A DNA stretch of 64,000 bases from Armatimonadetes bacterium 13_1_40CM_64_14 (lineage in GTDB: Bacteria > Sysuimicrobiota > Sysuimicrobiia > Sysuimicrobiales > Kaftiobacteriaceae): the NCBI GenBank assembly GCA_001917855.1, contig MNEU01000005.1, positions 813 to 64,812 of the forward strand. Reading direction: 5' to 3'. The notes under the pieces were generated by a model, which searched no databases, was not told the DNA's origin, and saw only the letters and a program-made list of their open reading frames with translations. Shown here in pieces: positions 36,185 to 45,955 of this stretch. Both the position numbers and the translations under genes were made by a program. Every line of letters starts with the position of its first letter. The first letter of the stretch is position 1.

Positions 36185-37555
36185 GTGGCGTGGGTGGGCG
36201 CACTGGACTACGCGCGGCAGCACCGCGCGCGATTTGTGGACGAACTCAAGGCGTTGCTGCGCATTCCGAGCATCAGCACCCTGCCCGACCACCGCAACGA
36301 CATCCTCCAGGCGGCCGACTGGCTCCTCGCCCATCTGCGCGAACTGGGCATGACCGCCGAACTCATCCCTCTTAACGGCGGCCACCCGATGGTCTATGCG
36401 CAGTGGATGCAGGCCCCGAATCGGCCCACGGTCCTCTTCTACGGGCACTATGACGTGCAGCCGGTCGACCCGTTGGCAGAGTGGACCTCCCCACCATTCG
36501 AGCCCACCCAGCGCGGCGAAGACCTCTTCGCCCGCGGCGCGCGCGACGATAAAGGACAGATTTTCGCCATCCTCAAGGCCCTCGAGGCGTACCTGAAAGA
36601 CGCGGGCCGGCTACCCCTCAACGTCAAGGTGCTGATCGAAGGAGAAGAGGAGATCGGCAGTCCCGGAATTTCCCGCTGGATGGACCGGCATGCGCGCAAA
36701 CTCGCCTGCAATATGGCGTGGGTGTCTGACGGGCCTATGTACGCCCGCGACCAGCCGAGCATCCTCACCGGCCTGCGCGGGTTGCTCTACACCGAAGTGG
36801 AAGTCCGCGGGCCTGCGCACGACCTGCACTCGGGAATCTATGGCGGTGCCGTTCCCAATCCGGTCAATGCGGTCGCCACGATCATCGCGGGGCTCAAGGA
36901 CCGCCGGGGTCGCGTGACGGTCCCGCGGTTCTACGCATCGGTCAGGGATCCGTCTCCTGAGGAAAAAGCCTCGTGGGAACGCCTGCCGTTCCGCGAGGAG
37001 GAGTTCATGCGCGAGACCGGCAGCACCGCCGCACCGGGCGAGGAGGGTTTTAGCATCCTCGAGCGCCGGTGGTCCCGGCCTACCCTTGATGCGCATGGGA
37101 TTGCTGGGGGATGGACGGGGGAGGGGTCGAAAACCGTGATCCCCGCCAAGGTCGTTGCCAAAATTAGCATGCGGCTGGTCCCCGACCAGAGGGCGAAGAC
37201 CGTGCTCCGGGCGTTTGAGAAGAAGGTCAAGCAGCTGGCCCCGCCCGGAATCGAAGTGGAGGTCCGGGAATTGGCTGGGGGCGACCCCGTCCTCGTGATG
37301 CCGACGGTGGCGCCGATTCAAGCGGCGGCACGGGTCGCCCGGGCGGTCTGGGGCGCCGATCCTGTGTACGTCCGGGAAGGAGGCAGTATCCCGCCCGTCA
37401 CCAAGTTCGACCGGTTGTTGAAGGTTCCCACGGTGCTGTTTGGCTTCGGCCTGCCCGATGACAACACGCACGGGCCGAATGAAAAGTTTCACCTCCCCAA
37501 CTTCCACCGAGGCATCGAGACGGTTATCCAGTGGGTGGAACAGGTCGCCGGCTGA
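36185..37555 (+). CDS. M20-family dipeptidase/metallohydrolase
   Basis: HYDVQP, ARGARDDKG and GEEEIGS motifs. Confidence 0.75.
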   Translation: MAWVGALDYARQHRARFVDELKALLRIPSISTLPDHRNDILQAADWLLAHLRELGMTAELIPLNGGHPMVYAQWMQAPNRPTVLFYGHYDVQPVDPLAEWTSPPFEPTQRGEDLFARGARDDKGQIFAILKALEAYLKDAGRLPLNVKVLIEGEEEIGSPGISRWMDRHARKLACNMAWVSDGPMYARDQPSILTGLRGLLYTEVEVRGPAHDLHSGIYGGAVPNPVNAVATIIAGLKDRRGRVTVPRFYASVRDPSPEEKASWERLPFREEEFMRETGSTAAPGEEGFSILERRWSRPTLDAHGIAGGWTGEGSKTVIPAKVVAKISMRLVPDQRAKTVLRAFEKKVKQLAPPGIEVEVRELAGGDPVLVMPTVAPIQAAARVARAVWGADPVYVREGGSIPPVTKFDRLLKVPTVLFGFGLPDDNTHGPNEKFHLPNFHRGIETVIQWVEQVAG

Positions 37556-37601
37556 ACCCAGCGCGCGATCGCTTGGAGCTGAGGGCAGGGAGGCCATCGC
37601 G

Positions 37602-38573
37602 ATGCCGTCGATCCACCAGACGCAACTCGAGATGGTGCAGCTTGTGCTGCCCGGGCACGCAAACGTGCGAGGGACCCTCTACGGCGGGCGGATGATGGAT
37701 TGGATCACCACGGCGGCGACGATGGCGGCAATGCGCCTTGCCCGCGGGCCGGTTGTCTTAGGAGCCATGGACGACCTAGACTTTCTCAGTCCTGTCCGCG
37801 TAGGGGACATGGTTACGCTCCGGGCGCAGGTCGAGTACGTCGGCCGCGCTTCGTTAGAGGTCGGCGTCGATGTGGACGCTGAGAACCCCCGGCAAGAAGG
37901 CCAGCGCCGGGCGACCTCCGCGCACGTGGCGATGGTCGCCGTTGACGATACGGGCCGGTCCCGGCCCGTCGGCGTCCATATCACCCCGGCCGACCGCGCC
38001 GAGGAGATCCTGGTTGACGCGGCGCAGAAGAGGAAGGCCGAGCGTGCCAAACGCTTGGCCGACCGTCCCTCAGGGCCCGCCGAGGAGGAGGAGACGGCAG
38101 GACTGACCCACACCTTGGAAATGTCGCGCCTGGTCTCTCCCGACGATGCCGTCCTCGGGACACTGATGTTCGCCGGCCGGTTGATGATGCACCTGGATGA
38201 AGTGGCTTCGTTGCTTGCCCTTCGCTTCTGCCGATGTCCCATCGTGACGGCGTCGATCGACGCGCTAGCGTTCTTCGCGCCCATCCGCGTAGGGGAAATC
38301 GTGGCCTACCAGGCGGGCCTGAACTCCGTGGGACGGACGTCGATGGAGATCGGAGTGAGGGTACTCGCCGAGAACCCTCTCACAGGCGTCCGCCGCCATA
38401 CGGTCACCGCCTTCCTCACGATGGTGCACGTAGATGCGCAAGGGCGGCCCCAGCCCGTCCCGCCATACCACCCCACCACGGAAGCGGAACGACGCCGCTG
38501 GGAAGCCGCGGGGCGTCGGCGGGAGCTGCGGGTACTCCGGCATTCGCGCCTGCGTGGGGAAGAGTCCCCGTGA
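37602..38573 (+). CDS. acyl-CoA thioesterase with tandem hotdog domains
   Basis: Two repeats of the LVLPGHANVRGTLYGG / LVSPDDAVLGTLMFAG hotdog pattern. RBS GAGGGCAGGGAGG. Confidence 0.7.
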   Translation: MPSIHQTQLEMVQLVLPGHANVRGTLYGGRMMDWITTAATMAAMRLARGPVVLGAMDDLDFLSPVRVGDMVTLRAQVEYVGRASLEVGVDVDAENPRQEGQRRATSAHVAMVAVDDTGRSRPVGVHITPADRAEEILVDAAQKRKAERAKRLADRPSGPAEEEETAGLTHTLEMSRLVSPDDAVLGTLMFAGRLMMHLDEVASLLALRFCRCPIVTASIDALAFFAPIRVGEIVAYQAGLNSVGRTSMEIGVRVLAENPLTGVRRHTVTAFLTMVHVDAQGRPQPVPPYHPTTEAERRRWEAAGRRRELRVLRHSRLRGEESP

Positions 38574-38619
38574 CGGGCCGGGGTGTACCTCCGGTCGGCA
38601 CCCGGGCCCCGCACGGCGG

Positions 38620-39249
38620 ATGACGCAGTCGCTGGTCGACCTCCTGCTGCATCTCGACCGCCACCTCGATTTGCTCTTCGCGCAGGTAGGCATATGGACT
38701 TACGCGGTGGTCTTCGTGATCGTATTCGCCGAGACCGGGTTGGTTGTGACCCCCTTTCTTCCAGGCGACTCATTGCTGTTCGCGACGGGTGCCCTAGCTG
38801 CCCGCGGCCTCATTGCCCCGATCTTCCTGGGGGCGCTCCTGTCGGCAGCAGCCATCGCGGGCGACACCGTGAACTACTGGATCGGACAGGCGGCCGGCCC
38901 GTGGGTGTTTCGCCGAGAGCGTTCGCGCTTCTTCAAACGCGAGTATTTGGATCGGACCCAGCGATTCTTTGAGCAGTATGGGAGTCTGACCATCGTGCTC
39001 GCCCGCTTTGTGCCAATCGTGCGGACCTTCGCGCCGTTTGTGGCCGGGGTCGGGCGCATGGTCTACGGGCGGTTTCTGCTCTACAATGTGCTCGGTGGCA
39101 TCGTCTGGGTGACTGTGTTCGTGGCACTGGGGTATTACTTCGGTAATCTTCCCGCCGTGCGCGAACACTTCACCCTCGCGATCGGTGTCGTGATTGTTCT
39201 GTCCGGCGTGCCGCTTCTCGTGGAGCTGTGGCGCCACCGGCGACGGTAA
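38620..39249 (+). CDS. DedA/SNARE-associated family membrane protein
   Basis: FAETGLVVTPFLPGDSLLF signature and multiple TM segments. Confidence 0.8.
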   Translation: MTQSLVDLLLHLDRHLDLLFAQVGIWTYAVVFVIVFAETGLVVTPFLPGDSLLFATGALAARGLIAPIFLGALLSAAAIAGDTVNYWIGQAAGPWVFRRERSRFFKREYLDRTQRFFEQYGSLTIVLARFVPIVRTFAPFVAGVGRMVYGRFLLYNVLGGIVWVTVFVALGYYFGNLPAVREHFTLAIGVVIVLSGVPLLVELWRHRRR

Positions 39250-39378
39250 TCAGCGCGCGAGATATTTGGCGGAAAGCAGGGGTGGCGCACGCCGTTGCGA
39301 ATGTGTTGGAGGGTGCGGCGCTCACGGTGATAACGGCCCGTCGCGCCGGAACGCGGGAAAGACCCGAAGGAGGTGGGG

Positions 39379-39885
39379 ATGGACACCATCGGGCACCACT
39401 ATATCGCCGAAGCATCCGGGTGTACGTCCGGTGTCATCGGGAAGATCGAGGCGGTGGAGCGGATCCTGGTCCGCGCCGCGGAAATTGCAGGTGTCCATGT
39501 GTGGTCCACTTCATTTCACCGGTTCAACCCCAGCGGGGTGTCAGGTGTCATCGTCATCTCCGAGTCCCACATGTCCGTGCACACGTGGCCCGAAGTCGGC
39601 TACGCGGCGCTGGACATTTTCACTTGCGGCGATTCTGCTAAGCCCCAGAAGGCGCTGCAGTGGGCGCTGAGAGAGTTCGGGGCCACTAATGTCCACATCA
39701 CTGAGGTCACGCGCGGCTTGGAGGAAGGCGACAAGGTCTTCTTCCACAGCATTGTGACGTGGGAGGAAGAACTGTTACGCCGCGCCGTGAACGGACAAAA
39801 GGCCCCCGGTCGTCGTCCCGCGCCGCGGCGTGCCGCGGAGGTCGGGACGGGACGGCGTCGCCTGCCCGCTCCCCCCGAAGCCTAG
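39379..39885 (+). CDS. speH: S-adenosylmethionine decarboxylase proenzyme (class 1b)
   Basis: Self-processing site VIVISESHMSVHTWPE. Confidence 0.85.
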   Translation: MDTIGHHYIAEASGCTSGVIGKIEAVERILVRAAEIAGVHVWSTSFHRFNPSGVSGVIVISESHMSVHTWPEVGYAALDIFTCGDSAKPQKALQWALREFGATNVHITEVTRGLEEGDKVFFHSIVTWEEELLRRAVNGQKAPGRRPAPRRAAEVGTGRRRLPAPPEA

Positions 39886-39965
39886 GGCGCGCGCGACTCC
39901 CCGCGCCTGTGCGTCCTTTCAGCTCTGCCCAGAGCGTGTCGGGGCCATAGCCTCAACTCACGCGT

Positions 39966-42884
39966 ATGCCGGCCAATCCTACCGAAGTCGAGCGGGCGCT
40001 CAAAGCGTCGGTCGCAGGCGAAGTTCGCTTCGACCCGACCTCCCGAGCGCTCTACAGCACTGACGCCAGCATCTACCAGATTCTCCCGCTGGGCGTCGTC
40101 ATTCCCCGCGATGACAACGATATCGCCGCCACCCTGCGAATTGCCGCGGATGCGGGGACTCCGATCTTGCCCCGCGGAGCGGGGACCAGCCTGGCAGGGC
40201 AAGCCATCGGGCGGGCAATCATCGTGGATTGTTCCAAGTACATGTCCCGGATCGTGGAACTCGACGCGGCCCGCCCGCAGGCCCGGGTCCAGCCGGGGGT
40301 GGTGCAAGACGATCTCAATCAGGCCGCCCGGTCCCACGGACTTCGGCTGGGCCCAGACACGGCGACCAGCAACCGGGCGACCCTGGGGGGGATGATCGGC
40401 AACAACTCCTGTGGGGCGCGCTCCATCGTGTATGGGAAGATGATGGACCACGTGCAGGAACTGCGGGTGATGCTCATCGACGGGACCGAGTTGCACCTGC
40501 GCCGGCCCGGTCCCGGGCGACCTCCCGCGGGCGCATCAGGCCGGGAGGATGTGATCCGCCGGAGTGTGGCGGCGATCGTGGAGCGCAATCGCGAGGAAAT
40601 CGAGCGGCGATTTCCTCGCTTGCTGCGTCGCGTCAGCGGCTACAACCTCGATGCGCTGGTCCGCGACCCTGCTGACTTGATCAACCTGCTCGTAGGGTCC
40701 GAAGGCACGCTGGGCATCGTGACGGAGGCCACCGTCGCGCTCGTCCCCCAGCCGGCCAGCACCGTGCTCGCGGTCGTCCACTTTGCCGACCTTTTTGCGG
40801 CGTTGGATGCCGTGCCGCTGATCTTGTCCTTCACTCCGTCGGCGGTCGAGTTGCTCGACCGCATGTTGCTGGAGATGACCCGCGCCCAGCTCGAATACGC
40901 CCGGCGCCTGACCTTTGTGCAGGGCGATCCGGACGCCCTGCTGCTCGTGGAGTTCTCCGGGGCGACGCCCTCCGAGCTGGCCGATCGCCTCGCAGCGATG
41001 GAGCGGGCGCTGCGTGCGGCAGGCGTCGACGGGGCGGTTGTGCGCGCGACGTCGGGGGCGGACCAAGACAACATTTGGCGGGTGCGCAAGGCCGGGCAAG
41101 GACTCCTGCAAGGGGTGAAGGGGGACGCCAAGCCGATCGCTTTTGTGGAAGACACGGCCGTCTCCCCCCAGCGCTTGGCAGCGTACATGCGGCGGTTCAA
41201 GGCCCTGCTGGACACCCAGGGGGTGCGGGCGGCTTTCTACGCGCATGCGAGTGTAGGGTGTCTCCACGTCCGGCCGTTGATTGATCTCAAGCGCCAGCCC
41301 GACATCGAGAAGATGAAAGCCATCGCCGAGGCCGTGGGCGAGTTAGTCATCGAGTTTGAGGGCACCATGAGCGGCGAGCACGGCGACGGCTTGGTCCGGT
41401 CGTGGTTCGTGGAGCGCTTCTTCGGCTCTCAAGTGTATAGTGCGTTTCAGCAGATCAAGACGCTGTTCGATCCGCCCGGTCTGATGAACCCCGGCAAGAT
41501 TGTCAACGGTCCGCCGATGGATCAATCGCTGCGGTACGGGTCGCAATATCGCACCCAGCCCATTGCGACGGTCTTCGACTGGTCCAAAGACGGTGGCTTC
41601 GGACGGTCGGTGGAGTTGTGCAGCGGGCTCGGCGCGTGCCGCAAGACCTCTGAAGGGACGATGTGCCCGTCGTACATGGTGACGCGCGAAGAGGAGCACT
41701 CCACTCGAGGGCGCGCGAATCTCTTGCGTGCCATGTTGTCTGGGGTCCTCCCCAGGCAAGAGGTGACGGGCACGCGCTTGTACGAGGCGCTGGACCTGTG
41801 CCTGGAGTGCAAAGGGTGCAAGGCGGAGTGCCCGGCCAACGTCGACATGGCTAAACTGAAGTATGAATTCTTGGCCCAGTACTACCGGGCCCATGGAGTT
41901 CCTCTGCGAGCCTGGTTATTTGGACACTACCGCATGCTGAACGACTGGGGATCCCGGGCGGCGCCGTTCTCCACGGCACTCGCCCAATCCCGCCCGGCCC
42001 GCTGGGTGCTGGATCGGCTGGTGGGTATCGACCGCCGACGTCCGCTGCCGCCTTTCGCGCGTCCGAATTTTCTGCGGTGGTGGAACGCGCACCGGCAGGC
42101 GCGCGCACGTTTGAGCTCCCCATACGCCCGTGCAGGCTCCCGCGGCCCGGTTGCCCTCTTTGCCGACACGTTCATGATCTACAACTACCCGCAGGTCGGT
42201 CGCGCGGCAGTGGAAGTATTGGAGCACCTGGGCTATGACGTCGAACTGGCCCCGCCGGTCTGCTGCGGGCGGACGCTGATTAGCAAAGGACTCCTTCCCC
42301 AAGCGCAAGCGGCAGCGCGCCGGAACGTGGACGCGTTACTGCCCATCGCCTCTCGAGGCGTGCCCATCGTGGGGTGCGAACCGAGCTGCCTGCTCACGTT
42401 TCGCGACGAGGTGCCGGACCTGGTCCCGGGTGATCCTGCACAGACCCTGGCGCGCGGCGTCTTCCTGATCGAAGAGTTTCTCGCGAGCGAACACCGCCGC
42501 GCGCCGCTACCGCTTGCCGGTGGGGGTGGTCGTCACGTCCTGGTCCACGGTCACTGTCACGAGAAGGCGCTAGCGGGGGTGGCGCCCCTGCAGCAGGTTC
42601 TGACCGCCGCAGGGTACACCGTGGAGATGGTCGATGCCGGCTGCTGCGGGATGGCCGGGTCATTTGGGTTTGAGAAGGAGCACTACGAGATTTCGATGGC
42701 CATCGGGGAGCGTCGACTCTTACCCGCCGTCAGGCGGGTGGCTCCCGACGCGGTCGTGGCCGCGACGGGTGTGTCGTGCCGACAACAGATCGCGCATGGC
42801 AGCGGGCGGCGCGCCCTGCATCTCGTGGAACTGCTCCAGCCTGCGGCGCCCTACGTGGGGAAGCACGCCGCGACGGTGAGCTGA
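39966..42884 (+). CDS. FAD-binding plus Fe-S (CCG-domain) fused oxidoreductase, YdiJ-like. Putative D-2-hydroxyacid dehydrogenase
   Basis: N-terminal FAD_binding_4 and FAD-oxidase C domains. A 4Fe-4S CxxCxxC...CP motif. Two C-terminal cysteine-rich CCG repeats. 972 aa. Confidence 0.8.
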   Translation: MPANPTEVERALKASVAGEVRFDPTSRALYSTDASIYQILPLGVVIPRDDNDIAATLRIAADAGTPILPRGAGTSLAGQAIGRAIIVDCSKYMSRIVELDAARPQARVQPGVVQDDLNQAARSHGLRLGPDTATSNRATLGGMIGNNSCGARSIVYGKMMDHVQELRVMLIDGTELHLRRPGPGRPPAGASGREDVIRRSVAAIVERNREEIERRFPRLLRRVSGYNLDALVRDPADLINLLVGSEGTLGIVTEATVALVPQPASTVLAVVHFADLFAALDAVPLILSFTPSAVELLDRMLLEMTRAQLEYARRLTFVQGDPDALLLVEFSGATPSELADRLAAMERALRAAGVDGAVVRATSGADQDNIWRVRKAGQGLLQGVKGDAKPIAFVEDTAVSPQRLAAYMRRFKALLDTQGVRAAFYAHASVGCLHVRPLIDLKRQPDIEKMKAIAEAVGELVIEFEGTMSGEHGDGLVRSWFVERFFGSQVYSAFQQIKTLFDPPGLMNPGKIVNGPPMDQSLRYGSQYRTQPIATVFDWSKDGGFGRSVELCSGLGACRKTSEGTMCPSYMVTREEEHSTRGRANLLRAMLSGVLPRQEVTGTRLYEALDLCLECKGCKAECPANVDMAKLKYEFLAQYYRAHGVPLRAWLFGHYRMLNDWGSRAAPFSTALAQSRPARWVLDRLVGIDRRRPLPPFARPNFLRWWNAHRQARARLSSPYARAGSRGPVALFADTFMIYNYPQVGRAAVEVLEHLGYDVELAPPVCCGRTLISKGLLPQAQAAARRNVDALLPIASRGVPIVGCEPSCLLTFRDEVPDLVPGDPAQTLARGVFLIEEFLASEHRRAPLPLAGGGGRHVLVHGHCHEKALAGVAPLQQVLTAAGYTVEMVDAGCCGMAGSFGFEKEHYEISMAIGERRLLPAVRRVAPDAVVAATGVSCRQQIAHGSGRRALHLVELLQPAAPYVGKHAATVS

Positions 42885-42928
42885 CGTTGCCCGACGGGCT
42901 CGACGCACCCCCCCAGCACGCCGGGTCG

Positions 42929-44131
42929 ATGGCGGGGCAGGAGCCTGTGCGGGTATCGCCGCGTGCGGGCGATGTTAACCTGCCGTTGTTGGTGTCCGCC
43001 TCGGCAGTTCATTTTCTCAATGACTTTTACATTGCGTTCTTGTCCCCATTGCTTCCCTTGGTCGTCGCAAATTTCCACCTCTCCCTCGCGCTGGCCGGTC
43101 TGCTCGCGACTATCCTGAACACCTCGGCGGCGATGCTGCAACCGGGATTTGGGGCGTTGGCTGACCATTTCCGACGCAGGGTGTTCGTCAGGGTGGGACC
43201 GGTTCTGGCGGTCACGGGGATGGGACTCATGGGGCTGGCCCCGTCATATGGTGTGCTCATCATGCTGCTTGCCCTAGCTGGGTCGGGGACCGCGGCGTTT
43301 CATCCTCAGGGGGCGTCGACTGCCGGGGAGGCCAGCGGACGTCGAAAGGGCGCGGGCCTCTCGCTGTTTGTCGCAGGAGGAGAGCTCGGCTACGCCCTGG
43401 GGCCGTTGGTCATCGCGGCGATTGTGACTTGGCGCGGACTCGATGCCACCTGGATGGCCGCCTTGCCTGGGGTCATCGCCTGCGTGCTGCTCTGGCCGGC
43501 TTTTCCCCCGGCTGGTGCGCTCCCGTCACGGTCTGGGACCACGAGCTTGCGCGGAGACTTGGGCGCAGCTTTTCATCCGCTGCTCGTTCTATGGCTCGTC
43601 GTGTTCCTGCGGAGCGTGATCATCACCTCGTACCACACGTTCCTTCCCCTCCTGGTCACGCAGCGGGGCGGGGCGCTCGTGGCGGGCGGGCTGGCCGTGT
43701 TTCTCTTCGGCGGGATCGGCGCAATTGGCGGGATTTGCGGGGGGATGCTCTCGGAGCGCATCGGTCGGAAGCGTGTGCTGGTGCTGTCGTTCATCATCAC
43801 CGCGCCGCTGCTCGTCGCGTTCGTGCGAAGCCCGACGCCGTGGTCGTACGTCTTCCTCGCCCTGGGTGGAATCGTCGTCTACCTGTCGGCTGCGGTGACG
43901 ATCGTCATGGCGCAGGAGCTGCTCCCTCATCGGGTCGGGGTCGCGAGCAGCATCGTGATGGGCGTCGCGTGGGGGACGGCAGGGCTCACCCTGACCGGGG
44001 TGGGTGCGCTGGCCGATAGAGTCGGGCTGGGGAATGCCCTGATGCTGGTGTTGTTGCTCTTCGTTCCAGCGCTCATCGCGGCGCGAGCGCTTCCGCAATC
44101 ACTGGATGCCGCCGTTGAACACTCCGGCTAA
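42929..44131 (+). CDS. MFS transporter
   Basis: About 12 predicted TM segments. MFS-like layout. Confidence 0.7.
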   Translation: MAGQEPVRVSPRAGDVNLPLLVSASAVHFLNDFYIAFLSPLLPLVVANFHLSLALAGLLATILNTSAAMLQPGFGALADHFRRRVFVRVGPVLAVTGMGLMGLAPSYGVLIMLLALAGSGTAAFHPQGASTAGEASGRRKGAGLSLFVAGGELGYALGPLVIAAIVTWRGLDATWMAALPGVIACVLLWPAFPPAGALPSRSGTTSLRGDLGAAFHPLLVLWLVVFLRSVIITSYHTFLPLLVTQRGGALVAGGLAVFLFGGIGAIGGICGGMLSERIGRKRVLVLSFIITAPLLVAFVRSPTPWSYVFLALGGIVVYLSAAVTIVMAQELLPHRVGVASSIVMGVAWGTAGLTLTGVGALADRVGLGNALMLVLLLFVPALIAARALPQSLDAAVEHSG

Positions 44132-44175
44132 TGTCTGCGAGCGTAAAGTAAGGCGAGGGACGTCTGCGTCGGGTG

Positions 44176-44520
44176 CTAGGCCTCGGGCTCGAATAGCTCG
44201 ATGACATTTCCGTCCGGATCCGCCAGTTGGGCGAGACGCCCGGCCTCCACGGTGCGAGGGGGGATGAGGACTTTCGCTCCCCGTCTCTTCGCGTCGTTGA
44301 AGACGACTTCGAGATCCGCCACCTGAAATGTGATCTGGGTCGTCCCTGTCCCGGCGGCCTGCCCGCGGGGTTTGACCGCAAGGGTCACGCCTTCAGTGCG
44401 GAACTCAGCCGACTTGTCCGACTTGGTGATCACAGGGAGTCCAAGCACGTAGGAGTAGAAATTGACCGCCTTCTTCATGTCCGACACCAGCATGGAAACC
44501 TGCGTTAACTGGTCAAGCAT
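44176..44520 (-). CDS. VOC-family (glyoxalase/bleomycin-resistance) protein
   Basis: ...ADPDGNVIELFE C-terminal VOC motif. Confidence 0.7.
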   Translation of the reverse strand: MLDQLTQVSMLVSDMKKAVNFYSYVLGLPVITKSDKSAEFRTEGVTLAVKPRGQAAGTGTTQITFQVADLEVVFNDAKRRGAKVLIPPRTVEAGRLAQLADPDGNVIELFEPEA

Positions 44521-44783
44521 CGCGACGTCCGGCTCACCTCCGCGTCGAACCAGATTCCTTCTTCACTCCACACGCACCCGTCCGCGTTATCGGTGGCTGC
44601 CAAAATAGGTCCCTACGACGATCGATTCGCCTAGTGCATACGTACCCGCAGTGCGAGTGTTTCCACCCCTCCCTCGTGCCTCCTGCGACAAGCCCTGGAG
44701 GGATGTGGCCGAGGGATCGCACGTGAGCCAAAGGGGCGGTTCGGCAACCGGGAGCCTCCAGTCCGCAGAACAAACCTGGACCA

Positions 44784-45029
44784 TCAGTCGGTGACGACCC
44801 GCTGCACCAACGACAGCAACAGAATGGCGATCCACGGCGAGAAATCCAGCCCGGCGATTGGCGGGATAATGCGGCGGATGGGGTCGAGGATGGGCGCAGT
44901 GACCCGGTAGACGAACCGCACGGCTGGGTGAGATAAGTCGACGCCGGGGATCCAGCTCAAGACGACGCGCGCGATAAGGAGCACGTACAAGACTTGAAAC
45001 ACTACCCGTACTGCCGCAAGGGGATTCAC
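44784..45029 (-). CDS. YggT-family membrane protein
   Basis: 81 aa and two TM segments, with a YggT-like ...LLIARVVLSWIP... motif. Confidence 0.75.
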   Translation of the reverse strand: MNPLAAVRVVFQVLYVLLIARVVLSWIPGVDLSHPAVRFVYRVTAPILDPIRRIIPPIAGLDFSPWIAILLLSLVQRVVTD

Positions 45030-45094
45030 GACGCTCTCGTTAATCTGGCCGTCCGCCCGAACTTCTATTCGACTCGCGCGTTAGCGAGTTCCTG

Positions 45095-45137
45095 TGTAAA
45101 GAAAAGACCCGGTCGGGGTAAATCCCGACCGGGTCTT
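45095..45137 (-). terminator. intrinsic terminator for cspA: 13-bp perfect stem agacccggtcggg / cccgaccgggtct followed by a U-tract
   Basis: On the minus strand ...agacccggtcgggatttaccccgaccgggtcttttcttta sits right after the cspA stop. Confidence 0.65.
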
Positions 45138-45158
45138 GTGCGTCGGCAGTGCTCTGGT

Positions 45159-45358
45159 TTACAGCGGGACGACGTTCGCAGCCTGCGGACCCTTTTTCCC
45201 ATCGACCACGTCAAACTGGACCTGCTGGCCTTCCTGCAGGGAGCGAAACCCGTCCTGCTGGATAGCGCTGTAGTGGACGAACACGTCCTTGCCACCCTCC
45301 ACAGAGATGAAGCCGTAGCCCTTCTCCGCGTTGAACCACTTAACCGTGCCAGTAACCA
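45159..45358 (-). CDS. cspA: cold-shock protein (CspA family)
   Basis: [18 protein letters not shown]...VFVHYSAI. 66 aa. Long AT-richer 5' leader. Confidence 0.9.
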
Positions 45359-45718
45359 TTGCGGCCTTGCTCCTTTCGTGCATTGTACAGGCTAGCGTCA
45401 CATCCGTGCCGTAGCTGCCTCGCCGAGCGTAGCACTTGGGGGGGCCTGGTGTCAACATGCGGGCAAAGATCAGAGCAATCCGTGAAAAATAAACGGTCAC
45501 GACCGCGGAGTGTGTTGAGGCGAGCAATAACCCGATTCATCTTTAGGGTGTGTCTACCGTCATCCTGCGCTGACTCACCCCGGAGATTAGGCAATCTGTG
45601 GCGCGCGGTCGACGCGTCGTACGTCCCACGCGTCGTAAGGGCCAAGACGACATTTTTCCACTGGAGAACCAGGGAGAACATTTTTCCTTTGCGATTAGGA
45701 CAAGGCCGACACTGTCCC

Positions 45719-45747
45719 TTGACTTGCGAGAAGCTGCATGATATACA
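45719..45747 (+). promoter_or_regulatory. promoter-like TTGACT-17-TATACA (with upstream TG) driving the S-box leader
   Basis: cccTTGACTtgcgagaagctgcatgaTATACAct lies about 20 nt upstream of the riboswitch P1 stem. Confidence 0.4.
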
Positions 45748-45765
45748 CTGAAGAAAATTGCATAC

Positions 45766-45910
45766 GTGCTCTTATCAAGAGTGGGTGAGGGACGGGCCCG
45801 ATGATCCCCGGCAGCCTGTGCGGCACGCCGTCACGCCCGTGCGTGATGTGACCGATGTGTCGTCGCAAGGTGCCAACTCCTACGGAACCAATTCCGAGAG
45901 ATAAGAGGGA
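45766..45910 (+). ncRNA. SAM-I (S-box) riboswitch aptamer
   Basis: Near-consensus cuCUUAUCAAGAGuGGgGGAGGGAcgGGCCCGAUGAucCCCGGCAgCC ... GGUGCCAAcUCCuacgG ... GAGAUAAGAG. P1 strands 45768-45778 / 45899-45908. Confidence 0.85.
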
Positions 45911-45914
45911 CCGG

Positions 45915-45950
45915 TACCCCTCCAATAGGAATTGGGAGGGGATTTTTTGT
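45915..45950 (+). terminator. S-box expression-platform terminator (ccccucc...ggagggg plus U6)
   Basis: tacccctccaataggaattgggaggggattttttg lies immediately before the thrB ATG at 45956. Confidence 0.7.
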
Positions 45951-45955
45951 TGGTT

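Noticed and set aside
44521-44783. 260-bp gap between the VOC gene and yggT with ccctcc...ggaggg complementarity.
   Set aside because: The stem would enclose a 24-nt loop with no U-tract and no promoter-like hexamers nearby. It is too weak to call.
45360-45718. AT-richer ~360-bp stretch between cspA and the S-box leader, considered as a possible extra ncRNA.
   Set aside because: It is best explained as the long 5'-UTR/cold-box leader typical of cspA (minus strand), back-to-back with the riboswitch promoter. No independent structure stood out.
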